A DNA stretch of 63,189 nucleotides, filler included, from Octopus bimaculoides (lineage: Eukaryota), in assembly GCF_001194135.2 (NCBI RefSeq). It is 5 parts of 5 records of this genome, joined end to end, with 100 filler letters (N's around TTAATTAATTAA, not from the genome) between each part and the next. Parts side by side here need not be neighbours in the genome. Positions count along the whole stretch, not along the records: positions 1 to 16,408 come from NC_069007.1; positions 16,509 to 38,443 come from NC_068987.1; 3 more parts are not named here. One strand, given 5' to 3'. Positions 11,489 through 24,579 of the stretch are shown in pieces. Below the pieces are notes generated by a model that was given only the letters and a program-made list of their open reading frames with translations, had not been told where the DNA came from and did not search any database. A program made the translations under genes and the position numbers. Positions within the stretch are counted from its first letter, which is position 1. Each line of letters opens with the position of its first letter.

Positions 11489-12412
11489 TATTGGGTTGGT
11501 GCATAATTATTGCAGCTTTTTTTCAACAAATTCTATTCAACAAAAACAATAACAATATTTAACAAAAACATCTTTAAATGATTATTCCAGAGCATATTCA
11601 CCATCTACTTCAATTACTACTTCCCATTGGCTTGGCAGACAGTCAGACCGTCATTTAACCCTTCAGTGTTCAAATTACTCAGCCAAATGCAATGCTTATG
11701 CCTTCACACTGATTTGAATTAATCATGCCTTATCTCGTAGTTTTGGGATTTCAATGGTGTCATTAGCATCATCATTTAACATCTGCCTTCCATGCTAGCA
11801 TGGGTTGGACGATTTGACAGAGGACTAGTGAACCGGATGGCTGCACCAGGCTCCAATCTGATCTGGCAGAGTTTCTACAGCTGGATGCCCTTCCTAACAC
11901 CAACCACTCCGAGAGTGTAATGGGTGATTTTATGTGCCATCTGCACAGGAGCCAGTCCAGCGGTACTGGCAACAACCTCGCTCGAATGTTTTTTCATGTG
12001 CCACCGGCACAAGTGCCAGTGAGGCGACGCTGGTAACAATCACGCTCAAATGGTGCTATTTACGTGCCACTGGCACGGTAGCCAGACAGCTGCTCTGGCA
12101 ATGATCACGCTGAGACGGTGCTCTTAGTGCACCACTGGCACAGGTGCCAGTCATCAAACTCGGTTCAATCACGATTTTGATTTCTCTTGCCCCAACAGGT
12201 CTTCATAAGCTGAGTCCAGAGAATTACTTTGTAGGGTTGGTTTGAGAGGCCAAATCTGGCCAGTTTGGACATAAGACAATTAGAATATTTGGACTGGATA
12301 TAACCAGTCTAAATGCTAAACGGTTAAAGATGTTTTTGTTAAATATTGTTATTGTTTTTGTTGAATAAAATTTGTTGAAAAAAAAAGCCGCAATAATTAT
12401 GCACCAACCCCA
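11489..12412. mobile_element. Two inward-facing mariner-type termini enclosing a TTAA MITE that itself contains a SINE
   Basis: About 89-bp inverted repeats at 11489-11577 and 12324-12412 (TTGGGTTGGTGCATAATTATTGC); TTAA-CCCT at 11655 and CGG-TTAA at 12321-12327; SINE at 11768-12215. Confidence 0.65.
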
Positions 12413-12834
12413 AACTATTTTACACCCAACGTGTACACTCACATCATAACACTCTGGAAGGATGAAAATATAAGTTTCCTCCAAACCCCAACAGGGTTCG
12501 AAGTCACACTAAGCACCACAACAAAATATCACAAAATATTCCGTCTGATGTTCTACCAATTATGTTAATGCAGCTCCCTTCCTCTCCTATGCTGTTATGC
12601 ATTTCATTGTAGAAAGAAACAACAGTAGCAGACCACCAGTCTTTGAAGTTTGTTAACGAAGGTACACACTAATTAGGCAGTAGCTATAATTAGTGAAATA
12701 TAAAGTGTATAATTTAGATTTATATACACTCACTATCATCTACGTCTATATACACTCTTGCTCTCATTACTACTAAACCAGTGCTCAGTTCAAAGTTGCA
12801 AGAGGAGTTACATCCGGGGTAGCCAGACTATGGT

Positions 12835-13320
12835 CAATATTTGGCCAATCTGTGGTCAATAATTAGCCAACTTATAGTAAGTGGTCAGTATTTAGCTTGT
12901 GGTCAGTATTTAGTCAACTGATCATAAATATTTAGCCTAATTTTGATCAGCATTTGGCCAGCTTACAGTCAATATTTGACCAGCTTAGGTCAATATTTGA
13001 TCAGTTTACAATAAGTATATGGCCAGCTTATGGTCAGTATTTGGCCAGCTTATGGTCAGTATTTGGTCAGTTTATGGCTAGTATTTGACCTGCTTATGGT
13101 CAGTATTTGACCTGCTTATGGTCAGTATTTGACCAGCTTATGTCAGTATTTGGTCAGTTTATGGCTAGTATTTGCCCTGCATATGGTCAGTATTTGACCT
13201 GCTTATGGTCAGTATTTGACCGGCCATGGTTATTCTATGACTAGTCTGTGGTCAGTGCATTACAGTATATAATAAGTATACTATACCCAGTCCATGACAA
13301 ATCTATGCTCAATATTTAGC
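12835..13320. repeat. 22-bp minisatellite (TATGGTCAGTATTTGACCAGCT)n
   Basis: Units counted directly at 13029-13225; degenerate toward both ends. Confidence 0.9.
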
Positions 13321-14888
13321 TAATCTATGGTCAATCAACAACTAGCTTATGACTAGTCCCTGGTCAGTTCAATCTATGAACCACCACCATCACCACTTCT
13401 ACCATCATCATCATCACCATCATCATCACCATCGTCCTCAGCATCATTTTAGATCTGTTTTTTCCATACTGGCACAGGTCAAATGGCTAAAGCAGTGTTT
13501 TAATAACCATATTCCAGGTGTGGTTGTGTGGTAAGAAGTTTTCTTCCCAACCACATGATTCTAGGTTCAGTCCTACCTCATGATTCCTTGGGCAAGTGTT
13601 TGCAACAAAAAATCTGGGCCAACCAACAGCTTGTGAGTGGATCTGACAGGTGGAAACTGATAGAAGCTTATAGCATATATGTGCATATATCTTTGTGTGT
13701 GTGTGTGTGTGCATGTGTCAATGAGCGTGTGTGTGTCAATGAGCGTGTGTGTGTGTGTGTGTGCAAATGAGTATGTGTGTGAATGAGTGCGTGTGTGAAT
13801 GAGCGTGTGTGTGAATGAGCGTGTGTGAATGAGCGTGTTTGAATGAGTGCGTGTGTTTGAATGAGTTTGTGTGTTTGAATGTAAATGTGTGTGTGTGTAA
13901 ATGAGTGTGTGTGTGTGTGAGTGTGTGTGTGTCTCCTTTTCTTGCAATTAAACAGCGGTATCATTTCCAGTATACTGGAAAAAACATGTCCGGCTATGGA
14001 CAAATATTACCTTACTTCGAAACAAGCATGGAAAAGTGGACCCTAAATAGTGATTATGATGATGATGATGATGATGATGATGCCAATGCCACCACTTCTG
14101 ATTCCAGCTGTTTTACCCGCTTCTTACAACCCCCACGGACACAGTGTGCTCAGTCCACGACCAGCATGTATTCAGTTAACAATCCCAAACACCAATGGTC
14201 AATACATTTGGTCAAATAAGCATGAGGAGCACAGAAAACAGAATCCCAAGAAAATTGTCATAATTTGTGTTGGCAAAAAAAAAAAAAAAATGGTGGTTGC
14301 TCATCATGCTAGAAATAGCAGCCAAATATGTGTCAAAGTAGAAGCTTGATGGAAAGGAAAACTTGACTTACGTTAAGAGAACACCACGTGCAGTTGACAT
14401 TTGATGAAATACATTGACCACAACTTTCGTATTTTGTACAAGAATTCTTATTCTCTTCTTCGGAAGTGTATTTCTCTGGAAAGAAGAATAGAAAGAAGAT
14501 ATTAGATATATATTTATTACATATATTATTATTATTATTATTATCATTATTATTATTTAAGGCAGCAAGGTGGTTGAATCATTAGCAAGCTGGATAAAAT
14601 GATTGGTGGTATTTTGTCAGTTGCTATGTTCCAAATTCAAAATCTGCCAAGGTCAACTTTGCCTTTCATCCTTTTAGGGTCAATAAATTAATTTAAATAA
14701 TTATGTTCTCCAGCTGGCAACATATACTGCAGTGAATTATTCTCTGCAGAATTGTTTCTGGAATTTGGCGTGCCAGAGCTGAGACATTTTGAAAAATAAC
14801 CCAAATGTAATTGGTAGAACTGTATGCAGGTCTTATTTTATGAAGACAATTCGTGTATAGTTCTGCAAATTACATTGATTCTAGAACA

Positions 14889-14955
14889 ACTGTGCTGAAG
14901 AGAACATGGATGTTGTTACGTAAGTAAAACGTTAATGTCGAAACCGGTACACAAT
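14889..14955 (+). ncRNA. Minimal type-I hammerhead ribozyme, second family
   Basis: TGTG-CTGAAGA-GAACAT...ATGTC-GAAA-C-CG-GTA^CACA. Helix I is TGTG/CACA, helix II is long (with an inner ttac-gtaa-gtaa hairpin), helix III is the palindrome ACCGGT, and the triplet is GUA. Predicted cut after 14949. Confidence 0.72.
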
Positions 14956-16408
14956 GAATTCTTTAGTCTATATTTCTCATTTTGTCTTGCCCGCTTATGT
15001 TCTAGTGTTTTCCGAAATTTTTTTCTGGNNNNNNNNNNNNNNNNNNNNNNNNNNNNNNNNNNNNNNNNNNNNNNNNNNNNNNNNNNNNNNNNNNNNNNNN
15101 NNNNNNNNNNNNNNNNNNNNNNNNNNNNNNNNNNNNNNNNNNNNNNNNNNNNNNNNNNNNNNNNNNNNNNNNNNNNNNNNNNNNNNNNNNNNNNNNNNNN
15201 NNNNNNNNNNNNNNNNNNNNNNNNNNNNNNNNNNNNNNNNNNNNNNNNNNNNNNNNNNNNNNNNNNNNNNNNNNNNNNNNNNNNNNNNNNNNNNNNNNNN
15301 NNNNNNNNNNNNNNNNNNNNNNNNNNNNNNNNNNNNNNNNNNNNNNNNNNNNNNNNNNNNNNNNNNNNNNNNNNNNNNNNNNNNNNNNNNNNNNNNNNNN
15401 NNNNNNNNNNNNNNNNNNNNNNNNNNNNNNNNNNNNNNNNNNNNNNNNNNNNNNNNNNNNNNNNNNNNNNNNNNNNNNNNNNNNNNNNNNNNNNNNNNNN
15501 NNNNNNNNNNNNNNNNNNNNNNNNNNNNNNNNNNNNNNNNNNNNNNNNNNNNNNNNNNNNNNNNNNNNNNNNNNNNNNNNNNNNNNNNNNNNNNNNNNNN
15601 NNNNNNNNNNNNNNNNNNNNNNNNNNNNNNNNNNNNNNNNNNNNNNNNNNNNNNNNNNNNNNNNNNNNNNNNNNNNNNNNNNNNNNNGTGTCACATGAAA
15701 AAACATTCGAGCAAGGTCATTGCCAGTGCCGCTGGACTGGCTCCTGTGCAGGTGGCACATAAAAAATACCATTTTGAGCGTGGCCATTGCCAGTACTGCC
15801 TGAGTGGCCCTCATGCCAGTGGCACATAAGAGCACCCACTACACTCTCGGAGTGGTTGGCGTTAGGAAGGGCATCCAGCTGTAGAAACTCTGCCAAATCA
15901 GATTGGAGCCTGGTGCAGCCATCTGGTAGCATGGAAAGCAGACGTTAAATGATGATGATGATGATGATGATGATATATACATACAAACACATAAATGGAA
16001 AGAGTGAGAGAGATGGAGGAAGGAGGAGAGAGGGAGGGAAGGGAGAGAGGAGAAAGAGAGAGACAGAAATGAGTGATCCATGACACCTGTGGTTGTTTGT
16101 TGCTAACAAAGGGAGGGCAGTGTATGGGAGAGAGGGAGAGAGAATGGGAGAGAAAGAGAGGGGATGAGGGAGAGAGAGAGAGAAGGTAAGAGAGATATAT
16201 GCAGAACAGAAGGGGGGGGGGAGTAAAAGGTGAAAGGGGAGAGGTTATGGTAGAGAGAGAGAGAGAGAGAAGGCAAGAGAGCAGATGAGAGAATGAAGAA
16301 GTACAGAAGACCAGTTGTGTGTGTGTGAATGCATTGTGTAAAATGTCTGAATGAGTTTGCGTATTTGAGAATAAATAAACGTTTCTTGTGAGATATGAAA
16401 AATAAGAA

Positions 16409-16508
16409 NNNNNNNNNNNNNNNNNNNNNNNNNNNNNNNNNNNNNNNNNNNNTTAATTAATTAANNNNNNNNNNNNNNNNNNNNNNNNNNNNNNNNNNNN
16501 NNNNNNNN
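16409..16508. other. Assembly placeholder gap: 44N + TTAATTAATTAA + 44N
   Basis: Same 100-bp structure at 38444-38543, 53438-53537 and 55548-55647; the 12-mer has stops in all frames and is a scaffolding linker. Confidence 0.97.
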
Positions 16509-16984
16509 AGTATTTCGTCTGTCTTTACGTTCTGAGTTCAAATTCCGCCATGGTCGACTTTGCATTTCAGGGTCGATAAATTAAGTACCAGTTGTGTACT
16601 GGGGTTGATCTAATCAACTGACCCCCCCCCCCTCCACCAAAACTTTGGGGCTTGTGTCTATAGTAAAGACTATTTGTCATTTACAACCATTTGATGAAAA
16701 TTAACATGTGCATGGTATAATCTTGCAATATGAATAAATTAACCAGAAAGAAAAATATTGTGAATATATAATGAAAAGGAGTGTGGTAAAAAGCTTGTTT
16801 CCTAGCCACATGGTTCCAGGTTCAGTCCCCTTGGGCAAGTGTCTTCTACTATAGCCTCGGGTCAACCAACACCTTGTGAGTAGATTTGGTAGACGGAAAG
16901 TGAAAGAAGCTCATATTAGGGCTGGATACAGCCAGTTTAAAAGATTAAATTGTTTGCTAATGTTTGTTCTTTGCAATATTTCAG

Positions 16985-17130
16985 CAAAAAGGATTCACTT
17001 ATTCGGCATTCTGAATTATTGACTGCTGTCTCAAAACCATTATTGAAACATGTGACAGAAAATACTAAAGAGCTAGTCAGTGACAACAACAGCCTTCTGT
17101 TTCTTGTCAGCATCATCACGCATGCTAAAG
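16985..17130 (+). CDS. PUM3: Pumilio homolog 3 (PUM3/Puf-A/Puf6) exon: KKDSLIRHSELLTAVSKPLLKHVTENTKELVSDNNSLLFLVSIITHAK
   Basis: Resembles the PUM3 KKD-x-x-x-R-x-x-ELL C-terminal region; atttcag acceptor, G|gtaagt donor; 146 bp phase 2-1. Confidence 0.88.
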
Positions 17131-17847
17131 GTAAGTAATTACAAGATATTAAGAACATGGTTTTGTTTTTATGCTTTAAACTGTGAGGCTTAAACTTGCA
17201 AGTCAGTTGAACCATTAAGGCTTAGCACTGTCTGCTTTCCTATATTTTGTCTTTTCATTTAACTCTTAGTAGATGTGTCTGCCTAAATAACTACCATGTG
17301 TAGCTACAGCTAATTTCTACTGCTGCAGATTTTTTTCTCTTCATTTACTGCATCTAGAACAGTTTTACACTAAAGCTCCTGAAACTCATTAATAGTGTAC
17401 TGACAATAATCATTAATTAGTATGCTAGACAAGATGCATTATAGCTAGGAGATAGAGTAAGGAATCGTGTAGCATATTCTCTCATTCTGTGATAATCTTT
17501 GATTTCGAGGATATCCAAGACAGTGTTTATGTTAAGCAACAATTTAACGTTTCATGGCCATCAGTATTCACCCAGCTGTAATAGTGAAAATACATAATTG
17601 TGAAGACACCTCATTTCCATTTTTCAAATGATTTTAGTTTCCTATCCATTTAATGTTGGCTGCCTCAAATCTAGTAATCTATAATCCAATTGTTCAGATA
17701 TTATTTTGACTATCTCATAAATGATAAAGAATGGACTAGATTATGTATGATTACACAGCGTAACAGCATCACTTTTCAATGAAGTGATAACAGGGTTTGT
17801 AGATTAAAGTCAGTCATTACTCATTTAGTGTTGCTGTACATACCCCA

Positions 17848-18205
17848 GTGGAGGCGCAGTGGACTCGTGGTCATGGGATTGCGGTTTCAATTCCCAGACC
17901 GGGTGTTGTGAGTGTTTATTGAGCGAAAACATCTCAAGCTCCATGAGGCTCTGGCAGGGGATAGTGGCGAACCCTGCTGTACTCTTTCACTACAACTTTC
18001 TCTCACTCATTCTGTTTCTGTTGTGCCTGTAATTCAAAGGGTCAGCCTTGTCACACTGTCACGCTGAATATCCTCGAGAACTATGTTAAGGGTACATGTG
18101 TCTGGAGTGCTCAGCCACTTGCACGTTAATTTCATGAGCAGGCTGTTCCATTGATCGGATCAACTGGAACCCTCAACGTCGTAAGCGACGGAGTGCCAAC
18201 AGCAT
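17848..18205 (+). mobile_element. tRNA-derived SINE family D in a PUM3 intron
   Basis: A-box-like TGGAGGCGCAGTGG and B-box-like GGTTTCAATTCCC; another head begins at about 63120. Confidence 0.7.
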
Positions 18206-18353
18206 ACCCCAGTCATTTGATGTTAGATGTGATTAACCTGTGTGACAGTAATATATTGGACTCAACACTTCTCCATTTACAAAAATAACTTTATGCCCGG
18301 GCATAGGAAATCAGTATAATGATTTATAAATGTCACTCCTTGATCTTCAACAG

Positions 18354-18527
18354 GTGATAAAACAAAAGCAATGGAAGCCGTGGCTGAAATTTGTGCTGAA
18401 ACTATGGACAGCAGCAGTCTTGGTGATCTCCACATTGTTGAACACCCAGCTGGACATATAACTCTGAAGAAACTCATTGCTTTTGATAAAGAAAACTATG
18501 AAACAAATAAGGAAGATAATGATACAG
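18354..18527 (+). CDS. PUM3: PUM3 exon (CPL domain): GDKTKAMEAVAEICAETMDSSSLGDLHIVEHPAGHITLKKLIAFDKENYETNKEDNDT
   Basis: LHIVEHPAGH-x-x-LK-x-LI motif of PUM3/Puf6; caacag acceptor, G|gtttgt donor; 174 bp phase 1-1. Confidence 0.92.
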
Positions 18528-18978
18528 GTTTGTATGGGTTCTTTTTTTTGTTTGTTTTCTGGGATTTTTTTTTCTTTCATTTAGTGAAAAATTGTTACAA
18601 GTTTATTTCAGTGCTTGGTTGATTATTTCCTAGTATATATTTATCTGTAAGGGTAGTGACAAACTTAATACCTTACTGTCTTTAGTTATGACCCTCTTTT
18701 TCTGAGTTCAAATTGCTACAAAGTCATCTTTACTGTTCCTCCATAAAACAAATAGCAGATAAGGAATGTAGTTTTATTTTATAGACTGTATCCACCACCC
18801 TAGATGTATAAACCTTGTGCCAGTGTAAGAAATCAGTAGTAACATTGTTATGCCACCAAATACTGGGTCTTTGACTTTACTTTCACAACATTCTTGAGAC
18901 AAAAGTAAATTCAGTATTGACTTAATAATGATTAGTTTGAATTCCGAGCATATAAATTGTATCTATATTTCGTTGCAG

Positions 18979-19208
18979 TGTATTTTTCTCTGGTCTTACT
19001 GAACACTGTCCCTGAGAGTGTATTGAAATCCTGGGCGGCTTGTAACCGAGGATGCTTTATTCTGTTGGCAATGTTGGAGACTAACCACCCTGAAGTGTCT
19101 GCAATGTTATTACCAATTCTGAAGACTATGACAAAATCTCTGAAGATGTTGAAATTCAAAGGGGCTCAGTTGCTGTATGACTTTGTTTTGTATAATACAA
19201 AAGACTAA
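18979..19208 (+). CDS. PUM3: PUM3 terminal coding exon: VYFSLVLLNTVPESVLKSWAACNRGCFILLAMLE...KGAQLLYDFVLYNTKD*
   Basis: LKSWAACNRGCFIL matches PUM3 LKSWASVNRGAIIL; ttgcag acceptor, phase 1, ends in TAA; AATAAA at 19280-19285. Confidence 0.92.
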
Positions 19209-20989
19209 GTGTATCTTGTAAGTTGAGAAAGAATTCGAATGGATGTGCACAGTGACAGAACAAGGGATAGTATATGAGAAATAAACATCATATCAAAATG
19301 GATTGTGTTGTTTGTTTGTTTTTAAGACTGTGTGAAGTTGCATCATATGTAGAGTGCTATATATAGTACATTATATATATATATTGTATTTCTGCTGAAA
19401 TATACTGCTTTTAAATTAATTTCCAAAATAATGAATTAAAATAACTTTGTCGTTGTTAAGCTGGTGTTTGAGATTTAATTTGGATCATTTCAACATGGGG
19501 AATTTTGTATCAGCACTAAATATGTTCTCAGGTATCAAAAAAGGCTAAGCAAATTGTCATATTTTTTGTTATTTTAAAATAATTCTTTATTCTTTTACTT
19601 GTTTCAGTCATTTGACTGTGGCCATGCTGGAGCACTGCCTCGACCCCAGAACTTATTCTTTGTAAGCCTAGTAATTATTCTCTTGGTCTCTTTTCGCCAA
19701 ACCACTAAACTACAAGGACATAAACACACAAAAAAAAAATATATATATATACACGACGGGCTTCTTTCAGTTTCCGTCTACCAAATCCATTCACAACGCT
19801 ATAGTAGAAGATGCCACACAGTTGGACTGAACACAGAACCATGTGGTTGGGAAGCAAGCTTCTTACCACACAGCTACACTTAGATTTTTGGTTTCATCAA
19901 TTTAAAGCAGTTGGTTCTCATATATATATTTCTCTTGATTAGGCACAAAGATCATTCATGTATTTTTGGAAAGTTGGAAACCTGATTACATTCACATTTT
20001 GATTGAAGTTGTAGATGAACAGAAATGGTTCCAAACAAGGAATTTTCATCACTTTTAAGAGTCAGTTCTGTTGTTAGGTAGTACACTTAATTCATAGCCC
20101 AATTTTAAGTTTGGTCATCTTTAGTGGTTTAGTGGAATTCCTTTTTGTTAGTAAGCCTTTTACAAAATTTTGGTTGAATGATAAATATCTTGACCTGAAA
20201 AAAATGTGGATATTGCCTTTCTAAGTCTTAAAAGAAAAATAGATGCCTCCTGCAGATATATCAATTCTTTGTTGACTCTAAGGATACAAGAACTGAAGAG
20301 ATAAAAATAAAGAAGCAGAACAGAAGATTGAAAATTAAAGAATTCTGTGCCTCGGTGGAAATGAGGTAATAGGGTGGAATTTTTATTCTATTTTATCTTT
20401 CATTCACCCACTGCATGGCTTATGAAATTGCAACAGCTGAATGTACTGTGGTACTGGTTTCTATGGTGGCATCATGAACTGATTCTCATTTCCCCAAATG
20501 CAAACTACCAATCACTATATTTTTTTGTATAAACCAGAGGGGACCACAAACAATACTGATTTTCTGATACCCTGTTTATCATCAATACCCATCTGTTTCC
20601 AAGCAAGTTAACAATTCCATATTATTATGCAATGAACAATCTAGACATTGTTACAATCCTACAAAGGTCACACAAGTGTAAATCCAGATGCATTTTCACA
20701 TTTGACTACAAGCATACTACACCAGTTGTATTCAGTAGCAAAGCTATTTGTTTACAGTCAGTGGACACATGTAAAGGGAAGGAGAAAATATGAGATCACT
20801 CACACAAATAGACACACGTATGTATATATATATATATATAGCCGCATCATTTAACATCTGTTTTCTATGCTGGCATGGGTTGAACTTTAACAAGAGCAGG
20901 TAAGACAGGGAGTGGGGGTCACACTAGGCTCCATTATTCTGGCATGGTTTCTAAGGCTTGATACTCTTCCTAGAGTGTACTAGGTGCTA

Positions 20990-21480
20990 CTTACATGATA
21001 CCAGCACTAGTACCAATTCTGGTGTGGTAGACAAGTCTTCTTGAGTACAGCATGGTGCCAGGTATCACAGTTCTTTCTCATCTTTGTAAGGCTCAGTGTC
21101 TTGAGATTGGCCTTCAGTCTTTCATCCCATGTCTTCCTAGGTCTCCCTCTTCCACAGGTTCCATCCACTTTAAGAGATTGGCACTTCTGTATGGAACTGT
21201 CTACATCCATATGCATCACATGACCAAAACAGTGCACTTTTCTCTCCTGCACACTGCATCCAATTCCTCTTACTCCTAATTTGTCCATCAATGCACAAGC
21301 ACTGTCTCAAATGTACACATCTTGCAGAGCAATACTAGCTTCATTCCTCTCTAGTTTTTGCATGTCCTCTGCAATCTGGACTCACATCTCACTACCATGT
21401 ATTGCTGTTCATATACATGCATCATACAATCTTCCCTTCACTCAGGAAGAGGGAGAAACTTTTGATTGTCAACTGATGTA
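20990..21480 (-). mobile_element. RTE-clade LINE 3' fragment
   Basis: CFGHVMHM...GRGRPRKTW motif of the RTE ORF2 C-terminus; degenerate. Confidence 0.8.
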
Positions 21481-22156
21481 GATGCTTTCTGAACTTTCTC
21501 CATATTTTATATACATGTATGTGTATGTGTGCCAGCATGAAAAATGAGTAACAAGCTTCCTCAGTTTCTGCCTACCAATTTCACTCAAAGTAATTGGTCA
21601 ACCCATGGCTACAGTATATAACATTACTCAACAACATTCATGCAGTGGAACAGAACCCCTTACCACATGGTTCTGAAGCAAACCATACAACCATACCTGT
21701 GGCTATATATGTATTAGTAATTGCAAAACAACCAAGGATGAAATATGAAGCATGTATCGAATTCATTTGACTGCAATCCCTTTTGTATCAATCGTACATA
21801 AACACATAGGCACTTGAGGAAGGATAAAAATCAAATAAACACTTTTTTTTTTTTTTTTTGGTAAAATTGTGTATTTGGAAGAAATTGACAAGTTGATTTC
21901 CCAGATAGTGGAAGAATATTAGTACGATCCTGAACTCCCAACGATAGAATTTCAGTTGTGGCAACCTAGTTATAGTTGAAATACTGATAGTGACAGCAGG
22001 CAAAAATGGACAGAAAGTATTCAAGACCACTGGGAAAATATTCCAAACTTAAGAAGTTACCATAATTAATGATAACTATCAATAAAAGCTGTTTTATAAT
22101 ATATTTATCTTTTTCTTTTTTTCTCCCTAAGTTTTAAGATAGGTTTGACTTTGTTC

Positions 22157-22390
<234 letters not shown>

Positions 22391-23311
22391 TTAAAAAATT
22401 AGAATATTATATCATATTAACTGTTTATATGAAAATGATAAAATTTACATTTGGAACTGCAATCCGTTGTAACATTTTAATACAGATAATTGAAAAAAAT
22501 AGCTTTGTACTAAGATAAAGTCAAATCAATATAATGGATATAAAATAAAGCTTAATATTAGTGTATTATTGGTACTTATTGACACTTGAACGGTAGAAGA
22601 TGAAGACAACACCTGGCCATATTTGAACACAGAATTAAGAAGAAAAATTTTCTGTCCAAGTTATACATATATAGACACACATACACATATATTTATGTGT
22701 ATCATCTGCTTTTCTGTCTTGCATGTGTTAGATGAATAGATCACTGAGGCATTGCTTTACAGATGGCTACCTTCCTTGTTACTAACTGATAACAGTTTGA
22801 TTTAGCTCCAAGCAACTTGAAAGTTTTGTGGGCTTGTCAAATGAACATAAATCACCAAATTCTAATTAATTTGATTTGTTTGACAAGTGCATAAAACTTT
22901 GGAAGATGAAGTCAATACCTGGCCATGTTGCATGGTACTGAATCAAACTGTTATTGATATGTGTGTAATGAGCTTGTTTCAGGTTCCCTAATTCTCCCAA
23001 AGATTTTGACTGGTCTGAGGCTGTAGTAGAAGACACTCAAAGTGTTGTAAAGCAGGACTGACCCCTAACAACTGTGTGGTCAAGAAGCGAACTTCTGGAC
23101 TACACAGCCAAGTGTTTACCTATCAAATATTTTTGAACTCAGCTTCAAAGTGGTTTGGTTGAATTCACAGTTAATATTGAGTATTATTGAACAGAGATTT
23201 TTGTGACATGAATGCTTCTGCCTTGATACATATGCACACAAGCAGGCTTCCATAAATACACAAGCCACATAATCTTCATGCATACATCCTCACAGCCTCC
23301 CCAAGATCTGT

Positions 23312-23715
23312 CTCTACGGTGAACTGTCTGAAGGAAAACGTCCTCGTGGAGCCCCCTTGAGGTGGTACAAGGACCAACTCAAATCAACCTTGAAAAGCAC
23401 CAACATCGACCCCACATACTGGGAGGATATCTTGGCAAACAGACCCCTCTGGAGACACACCATCAAAACAGGTTCAGTGGACTTCGAGAAAGCCTGAGTC
23501 GCAAGAACTGAACTCAAGAGACGGGAGAGAAAGCAGCGCCTTCTCCTTCCCAAACCAACCCCTTCTATCCCTTGTCCACAATGTCCCCGTATGTTTCATG
23601 TAACCCTTGGATTGTGGAGCCATCTGCGGTTCAAACACCCAGGAAAATGAACTGGATTGCAAGCTCGGAAACACGAGACAACCTCACAGACACGTTTGTG
23701 TGCATACACACACTT
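23312..23715 (+). mobile_element. RTE (BovB-like) LINE 3' end with C-terminal C2H2 finger
   Basis: LYGELSEGKRPRGAPLRWYKDQLK...CPQCPRMF...SHLRFKH*, one internal stop, followed by a short UTR and (CA)n. Confidence 0.85.
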
Positions 23716-23834
23716 TAGCCAGGTCACTGTTGTCTCCCTTGTCTCCAACCATTTCCTTTTGGTCTATTCAACATGAGCAACATTTAATCCCAACACATTT
23801 TTTTTTCTCTCTGTATTTTTCCTCTCTCCTCATT

Positions 23835-23872
23835 CCTTTCTGTAGAAGAGTGTAGGCTTGAAATGTCAAAGA
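23835..23872 (+). ncRNA. Older copy of the A6U hammerhead-like family
   Basis: CCTTT-CTGTAGA-A-GAGT(GTAG)GCTT-GAAA-T-GTC^AAAGA; differences from the 10548 copy are mostly CpG-type transitions, which also break the helix III palindrome. Confidence 0.55.
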
Positions 23873-24579
23873 CTCTTCTGTTTTTCCTGAGCATCAAACT
23901 AATACACCTTGCTTGTTGTTTCCTCACTTGTCTCTGTCTTTTGTTTTTTTGTACAATTTTGAACATTGTATACATATAAATATAGATTTGATTAAAGGGG
24001 GTCCATGAAGGATCAAAGCATATCAAGTTGAATGGAACCTTAAGCTTGATGTAAAAACATAATTAAAACAGACAAATGGGTTATTTGGTACAACTACAAT
24101 TGTTTCATTAAGAGTATTTATTGTAGTGTAAGAATGATACAATCAGGTATGTTGTATGCACAACATGAATATGATTATATACTACATTACGCAACTCACA
24201 ACTAATCAAGCTTACCAAATAAACAAGCGAGCAGTGACATGTTGATTAATCAACAGATCATCAATAAATGAAGTTTCTAACCAGAAGTACCAACATTTAA
24301 GAAACATTAATTGGGTAGGACTACAAACTGTTAATCAGGAAGGTGGATGACTTTAATAATGAATAGTTAAAAAGAATTTCTATTCTAAAGATGTCATTAA
24401 ACTTAGCCACCTGGCTCATCAAGGCTGGTACTAGCAAAACAGGTTTGTATACCAGTAGATAAAAGGCACCAAGGATGACATTTGATCCTATCAAAACATA
24501 TTTTAAGACAGATTACAACATTGTTCGAAATAAAAACAGTTGTAGTACATTAAGGAGTGACATGGTTAATAAATTCCTG

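Noticed and set aside
14714-14919. Possible PUM3 upstream exon (ccag acceptor, ac|gtaagt donor)
   Set aside because: Stops in all three frames, no PUM3 similarity; the apparent donor lies in the hammerhead helix II.
16453-16464. TTAATTAATTAA motif repeated four times as a biological signal
   Set aside because: Always centred in 44N+44N; it is an assembly linker.
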